Origin: Promethearchaeota archaeon
Lineage (GTDB): Archaea; Asgardarchaeota; Lokiarchaeia; Sigyniarchaeales; SOKP01
Assembly: GCA_016840165.1 (NCBI GenBank)
Contig: JAEOSU010000070.1
Coordinates: forward strand, 14,051-78,050
Reading direction: 5' to 3'
Length of the DNA stretch: 64,000 nucleotides
Position 1 is the first letter of the stretch, and each line of letters starts with the position of its first letter. This document shows, piece by piece, positions 59,637 to 64,000 of the stretch. The notes under the pieces are model-generated. The model made no database searches. It was not told where the DNA came from and saw only the letters and a program-made list of their open reading frames with translations. A program made the translations under genes and the position numbers.

Positions 59637-61913
59637 TTGCACATTAGACGCTTTAAACTTACTAAAATTAGAATAAAGGATTTCACACCGATTATTTTAG
59701 TAATGCTATTGCTTTTTGTATCAATAGCATGTGCAAATATGCTTATTCCCAGTTATGCTTCAGTCCAGTTGGAATTTCTTGTCCCAGAAGCATTATTAGC
59801 GATCCCAGATGCTTTTTTTGTATTAGTTAGTGCGTTTTTTGCATTAATCTGGGGCTATTACACGGATCGTGTTGATAGATCCAAATTAATTATGGCTGGA
59901 GCATTTTCATGGACGATTGGGATGCTACTAACCGCTTTTTCTATAAATTATGAAATGCTCATCATTTCAAGGATGCTTTCAGGGGCAGGACTTGGTTGTG
60001 TCTTACCAGTTGGATATTCAATTATCTCCGATTCTATTCCTCCTGATGAACGATCAGGATGGTTTGGTACGCTAGCGATCCTTAGTTCTGTTTCAAATGG
60101 TATCGGACAAGCGTTATCATCCTTTTTAGGACCAATATTGACTTGGCGCTTCCCCTTTTTTTTACTTTCAGTAATAAGTATTGTAATTGTTTTTATCCTA
60201 TTTTTTGTTAAAATACCACAGCGAGGTGCGAGAGAAGAGGAATTGATAGAATTAGCCCAAATGGATTTAGAATATCAATACACGATTTCAAAAAAAGATT
60301 TATCAAGTATCGTTAAAAAAAAAACTAATAGGTACTTAATAATTCAAAGCTTCTTTTCGATTATTCCTGGTACTATTACTATATTTTTTCTTACTTCAAT
60401 GCTAAATATTTATTACTTTAATGAATTGCCAATAGAAATACGATTACAAACAGCAACGATCTTCGCAGGTTTATTAGGAGTCGGCTATATATTGGGAAAT
60501 TCAATTCTCTCCTATCTCGGAGATATTTTATACAGAAAAAATAAAAAAAATCGCACAAGATTAGCCGCAATATGCTTAATACTCTCTGTACCTTTTTATG
60601 TTATAACTCTATTATTAATCAGTCCTATACAAATAGCCAATTTAGATATTTCCTATCCCACAGGACCAATAGAAACCTCGGAAATAGCTAGATATATGTT
60701 TCTAACGATTGGAGAAATTTTTTCTAAATATCCAAATTATATTTACTATTTAATTTTTGGTTTGATTGGTACAATCTTTAGTGCAGGACCTGTAGCAAAT
60801 AGAAATGCAGTGATGATCGATATAAATTTACCAGAGCATAGAGGCACCTCTGTCTCATTTTTGAACTTATCAGAGCAGGTAGGTAAAGGATTAACCCTCT
60901 TAATCTCCTATTTTTTAATTACTTTTCTAGGAAGTATTTTTCAGATGATGCTCTTTTCTACTTTATTCTGGATTCCAGCAATCGTTATGTGGATCCTCGC
61001 TACACGAACAGTTGGAAAAGATTTAAATGTTAAATCCATGATTTTATCTGAAAGAAAGCAAATTAGTTTATTAGATTACATTTTCGAATTAGAAATCCAA
61101 ATGGACAGAGGAATTCAAAAAATACACGATGCACGATATTATATTTTTTCTGACTCTAAGAAATTTGATGCTTTATTATCGGATGCAATCAAAATTTTCA
61201 ATTACTGCGAAAGAGAAGGAGAAAATCGAAGTATTACGAACATTGGAGAAAAATGTCGAAAATTGAATGTAAGAGCTAAATCCATTAAACAGATGGCGAA
61301 TCAGATATTTAAAATATTGAAAAATGAGGACTTATCGGCAAAGGAAAGAGACATTTTAAGTGAGGATTTGCGACAAATTGATTTAATGATTGCGGAAGGG
61401 AAAAAAAGTACTTTTGGAGAGCTTCAAATCTATTATGAAGATGCTTATCTAAAGATTATTGAAGCACGGCTCCTACGGAAAAATGATTTATTAAAATGTA
61501 TGTCAAAAATTATTGATGCAATTAAAATTTATGAGAGAGTTAAAAATCTTTTAAATGAGAGGTTAGAAGTAATAAATGATACTTCTGACTTACCTCAAGA
61601 AGATTTAGTGGCATATGAAAAAGAGAAAAAGCTATATCATAAGGCTTCAGAATCATTGAAGGCAACAATCAAATTAAAAGAAGAATTTAAGGGAATTTTT
61701 AAAAAACTTGAAGAAAAAGGCATTATGAAAGCAGATTTAATGAAAATCTCAGAATTAACCAATGAATATGATGTAAATCTGTCAGATATCATATTAGAAA
61801 CATTTGGACAGGATAAAGAAACAAAAAACGCGATTCTTAAAATAATAAAAGAGATAGATATCGTTTTTAATAAATATGATGATTGGAAAGAAGTAGAGTT
61901 AAATGTTTTTTAA
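59637..61913 (+). CDS. MFS transporter with a large C-terminal soluble helical domain
   Basis: WGYYTDRVDRSK, ISDSIPPDERS, GPILTWRFPF; about 300-aa helical tail. Confidence 0.85.
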   Translation: MHIRRFKLTKIRIKDFTPIILVMLLLFVSIACANMLIPSYASVQLEFLVPEALLAIPDAFFVLVSAFFALIWGYYTDRVDRSKLIMAGAFSWTIGMLLTAFSINYEMLIISRMLSGAGLGCVLPVGYSIISDSIPPDERSGWFGTLAILSSVSNGIGQALSSFLGPILTWRFPFFLLSVISIVIVFILFFVKIPQRGAREEELIELAQMDLEYQYTISKKDLSSIVKKKTNRYLIIQSFFSIIPGTITIFFLTSMLNIYYFNELPIEIRLQTATIFAGLLGVGYILGNSILSYLGDILYRKNKKNRTRLAAICLILSVPFYVITLLLISPIQIANLDISYPTGPIETSEIARYMFLTIGEIFSKYPNYIYYLIFGLIGTIFSAGPVANRNAVMIDINLPEHRGTSVSFLNLSEQVGKGLTLLISYFLITFLGSIFQMMLFSTLFWIPAIVMWILATRTVGKDLNVKSMILSERKQISLLDYIFELEIQMDRGIQKIHDARYYIFSDSKKFDALLSDAIKIFNYCEREGENRSITNIGEKCRKLNVRAKSIKQMANQIFKILKNEDLSAKERDILSEDLRQIDLMIAEGKKSTFGELQIYYEDAYLKIIEARLLRKNDLLKCMSKIIDAIKIYERVKNLLNERLEVINDTSDLPQEDLVAYEKEKKLYHKASESLKATIKLKEEFKGIFKKLEEKGIMKADLMKISELTNEYDVNLSDIILETFGQDKETKNAILKIIKEIDIVFNKYDDWKEVELNVF

Positions 61914-61920
61914 TTACATA

Positions 61921-62216
61921 TTAATTGTTCATTAATTCAGAGGACAAAATCTGTTTGAAAGTATGTTTTTCTCCTTGAGATAATTCTTCTACAGCTTTCC
62001 CTTTATTATTATAGTGATCTGCATTATCATGATTGTCAAATAAGTTAATCAATACGATGAGACAATTACGTAATTCTAAACTATTACTATTTCCGTTAAA
62101 TTTTGACATTATCTTTATTAATAGATTGCTCAACCATAATCTGTTTAAATCTGACTGAACTAGACCTTCTTTTTCTTTTTTCTCATAGAATTCTAAAACT
62201 CTGGCTAAACAATCCA
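61921..62216 (-). CDS. Hypothetical protein (likely start MDCLARV)
   Basis: AGGT-like SD upstream of the internal ATG; the track's GTG extension looks spurious. Confidence 0.5.
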
Positions 62217-62470
62217 TTATCTTCTTACCTAAAATCCAATTTAAAATCCAACAGTTAAATAAACTGTAAGATCCCACACATCAACCGAAATATATATTCT
62301 TCAGTAATACAGATGATAGTTTACCTTTAAAAATATTTTTGGTTGAAATTCACGAGATTTTAATGAAATGTACAAATCTTTGGAAATTAATTAGAATAGA
62401 TCAGATTATAGAAAATATTACTTCTTATTTTGAAACGTTAGAGAGTAAATTGTAACAAATATAAGTAGAT

Positions 62471-63025
62471 TTATAATTCAACTTCAATACTTTCAACAAA
62501 ATTGTCAATAGATTGCTCCAAATCAATCAAATCTTCGACTTCTCTTATATCTGAGCTAGCGAGCTTTTTTAAAAACTCCTTTAATAGTTTTTCTTTATGC
62601 TTGTCATGTGGAAAGATGAGACTACTTTTATAGTGCTCCCAATCAAGGATAGAAGTAAAGACTAAAAATAATTTTTCAATATGGCTATAATCAATCAAAC
62701 TGTGCAGTTTTTCTCTTGTGATAAGGGTCTGAGTCTGATCCTTATAAAATCCAGATAAATCATTATAATAATTTGTGAGACGAGCAATATTATCTAATTG
62801 AGCTCTTAAAGCTGCCTGATTAATAGGACTTTCTTCATCTTTATACATAATTTCAAAATATTGATTAATGAAATCTTTTAGCTTTTGGAGCTTCTGTTGG
62901 AACACGCGCGTCTTTACGATGCGCTCAAACATAGGCGAAGCTTTATCTTTGTAAAACCTTAATTCGAACTTAACGATAGCGAGAATGTCCAAGAAGAGTT
63001 CGCGTATATCTATGTTCTGGTCCAT
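62471..63025 (-). CDS. Hypothetical helical protein
   Basis: 184-aa ORF with a GGTGA SD before ATG. Confidence 0.65.
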   Translation of the reverse strand: MDQNIDIRELFLDILAIVKFELRFYKDKASPMFERIVKTRVFQQKLQKLKDFINQYFEIMYKDEESPINQAALRAQLDNIARLTNYYNDLSGFYKDQTQTLITREKLHSLIDYSHIEKLFLVFTSILDWEHYKSSLIFPHDKHKEKLLKEFLKKLASSDIREVEDLIDLEQSIDNFVESIEVEL

Positions 63026-63096
63026 TTAATCACCATTTCGGTTAATCTCCTTAAAGTTTAGAATAATTCAACCCATATTTTCGGGGTTCACAAAAA

Positions 63097-63114
63097 TAAT
63101 TGCAATTGCAATTA
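63097..63114. promoter_or_regulatory. Perfect 18-bp palindrome, candidate operator
   Basis: TAATTGCAATTGCAATTA upstream of the 62471-63025 gene. Confidence 0.35.
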
Positions 63115-63205
63115 CAATTTAAAAAGAATTTTACAATATTTATATTTTTATGTGTTTCTAGAGCACAAGAGATTATTTATTTAACAGATTTTTAAAACTT
63201 AATCA

Positions 63206-64000
63206 TTAAAATTGTAGAGGAAATGAATGACTTGGATCAGTTTGATATCGTGGTTTTGATGGAATTTGAATTTTTTTCACTGCCTTTCGGAATTTAATTG
63301 CTTTGATATGTATTTTGAGTATTCTAATTGGACAACGTAAAATAAATCTTAAATTATTATAGGGTTCTTTTCTTAGTTTTAAGAAATCCTGATAAAATAA
63401 GTGTGCTTTTTGCTGTAATGAATATTTTTCAAAAGAAATAAATCGTTCAATAATTTTATCTAAATTCTCAGTGTCGCGGAAACAGTAATAATTTGATGAT
63501 CTTAAAGACCATTTAATAGCCTCTAATTGAAATTTAATTGACTTTAACTTTTTAAACGGAAATAATAATAATGAGAAAAAAGATATAAAAAGGTTCATTA
63601 CCATGCTTTTAAACATTTCAAAAACAGAAACTCTAATCTTCTTTCTAATCAAATTTCTCAAATCACTACCATATAAAACAGTACTATTAATAATAACATT
63701 ACTGAGAACAATATTTCGGGGAGCAAATATTGCAGAAAACACTTTATTTACTTGAAAGATTTTATGAAATGTAGCATTCTTCCAATACTTCTCTTTGGTT
63801 AAAAAATGGCTAATAAACATCCCAGTGGCATGTTGGATCGAGGAAATCAAATTCCTTATTACATTTTTATTTCCAGACTCAAAATTATGCTTAATTTCAA
63901 GTGCTATAAAATATTTTTCAATTTCACGAATATGATGTGAAGAGACCCTATCCTTAAAGATAAATAAAAGATCGCAATCTGAAATAGAAGTATTTTCTCC
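63206..64000 (-). CDS. Pol-beta-type nucleotidyltransferase domain protein (5' end off the window)
   Basis: The frame stays open to 64000 and reads GENTSISDCDLLFIF, the SDxD motif. Confidence 0.6.
   Translation of the reverse strand, partial: GENTSISDCDLLFIFKDRVSSHHIREIEKYFIALEIKHNFESGNKNVIRNLISSIQHATGMFISHFLTKEKYWKNATFHKIFQVNKVFSAIFAPRNIVLSNVIINSTVLYGSDLRNLIRKKIRVSVFEMFKSMVMNLFISFFSLLLFPFKKLKSIKFQLEAIKWSLRSSNYYCFRDTENLDKIIERFISFEKYSLQQKAHLFYQDFLKLRKEPYNNLRFILRCPIRILKIHIKAIKFRKAVKKIQIPSKPRYQTDPSHSFPLQF

Noticed and set aside
58720-64000. Integrated element at the tRNA 3' end
   Set aside because: No integrase and no repeat of the tRNA 3' end seen in the window.

Overview
Very AT-rich archaeal chromosomal DNA whose gene content points to an Asgard archaeon, probably Lokiarchaeia (inference). 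The evidence is Roadblock/LC7 proteins, several MPN/JAB proteins, C-terminal zinc ribbons, geranylgeranyl reductase, an AfpA-type flavoprotein, PAC2 and an intron-containing tRNA. I see about 50 CDSs and one tRNA-Ala(GGC) with a 28-nt intron at the non-canonical position 43/44. I found no mobile element, CRISPR array or rRNA. Best candidate for an undescribed system: a ~13-kb cluster (1053-14294) with three MPN/JAB proteins. Two are adjacent, carry long helical tails and look like an active/Glu-to-Gln pair reminiscent of Rpn11/Rpn8 or BRCC36/Abraxas. Their neighbours are a membrane protein with tandem winged-helix-like repeats, a double-Roadblock protein and an AAA+/vWA fusion. Other highlights: a subtilase with eukaryotic Site-1-protease-like architecture; an uncalled 57-aa Cys-rich ORF that duplicates the CopA C-terminal module; a 72%-acidic microprotein divergent from a methyltransferase-Ddl fusion; an aCPSF1-like nuclease with degenerate KH-like repeats; and both minimal Fe-S systems (MIS and SMS). 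All family calls come from motifs recognised by eye; no searches were run.
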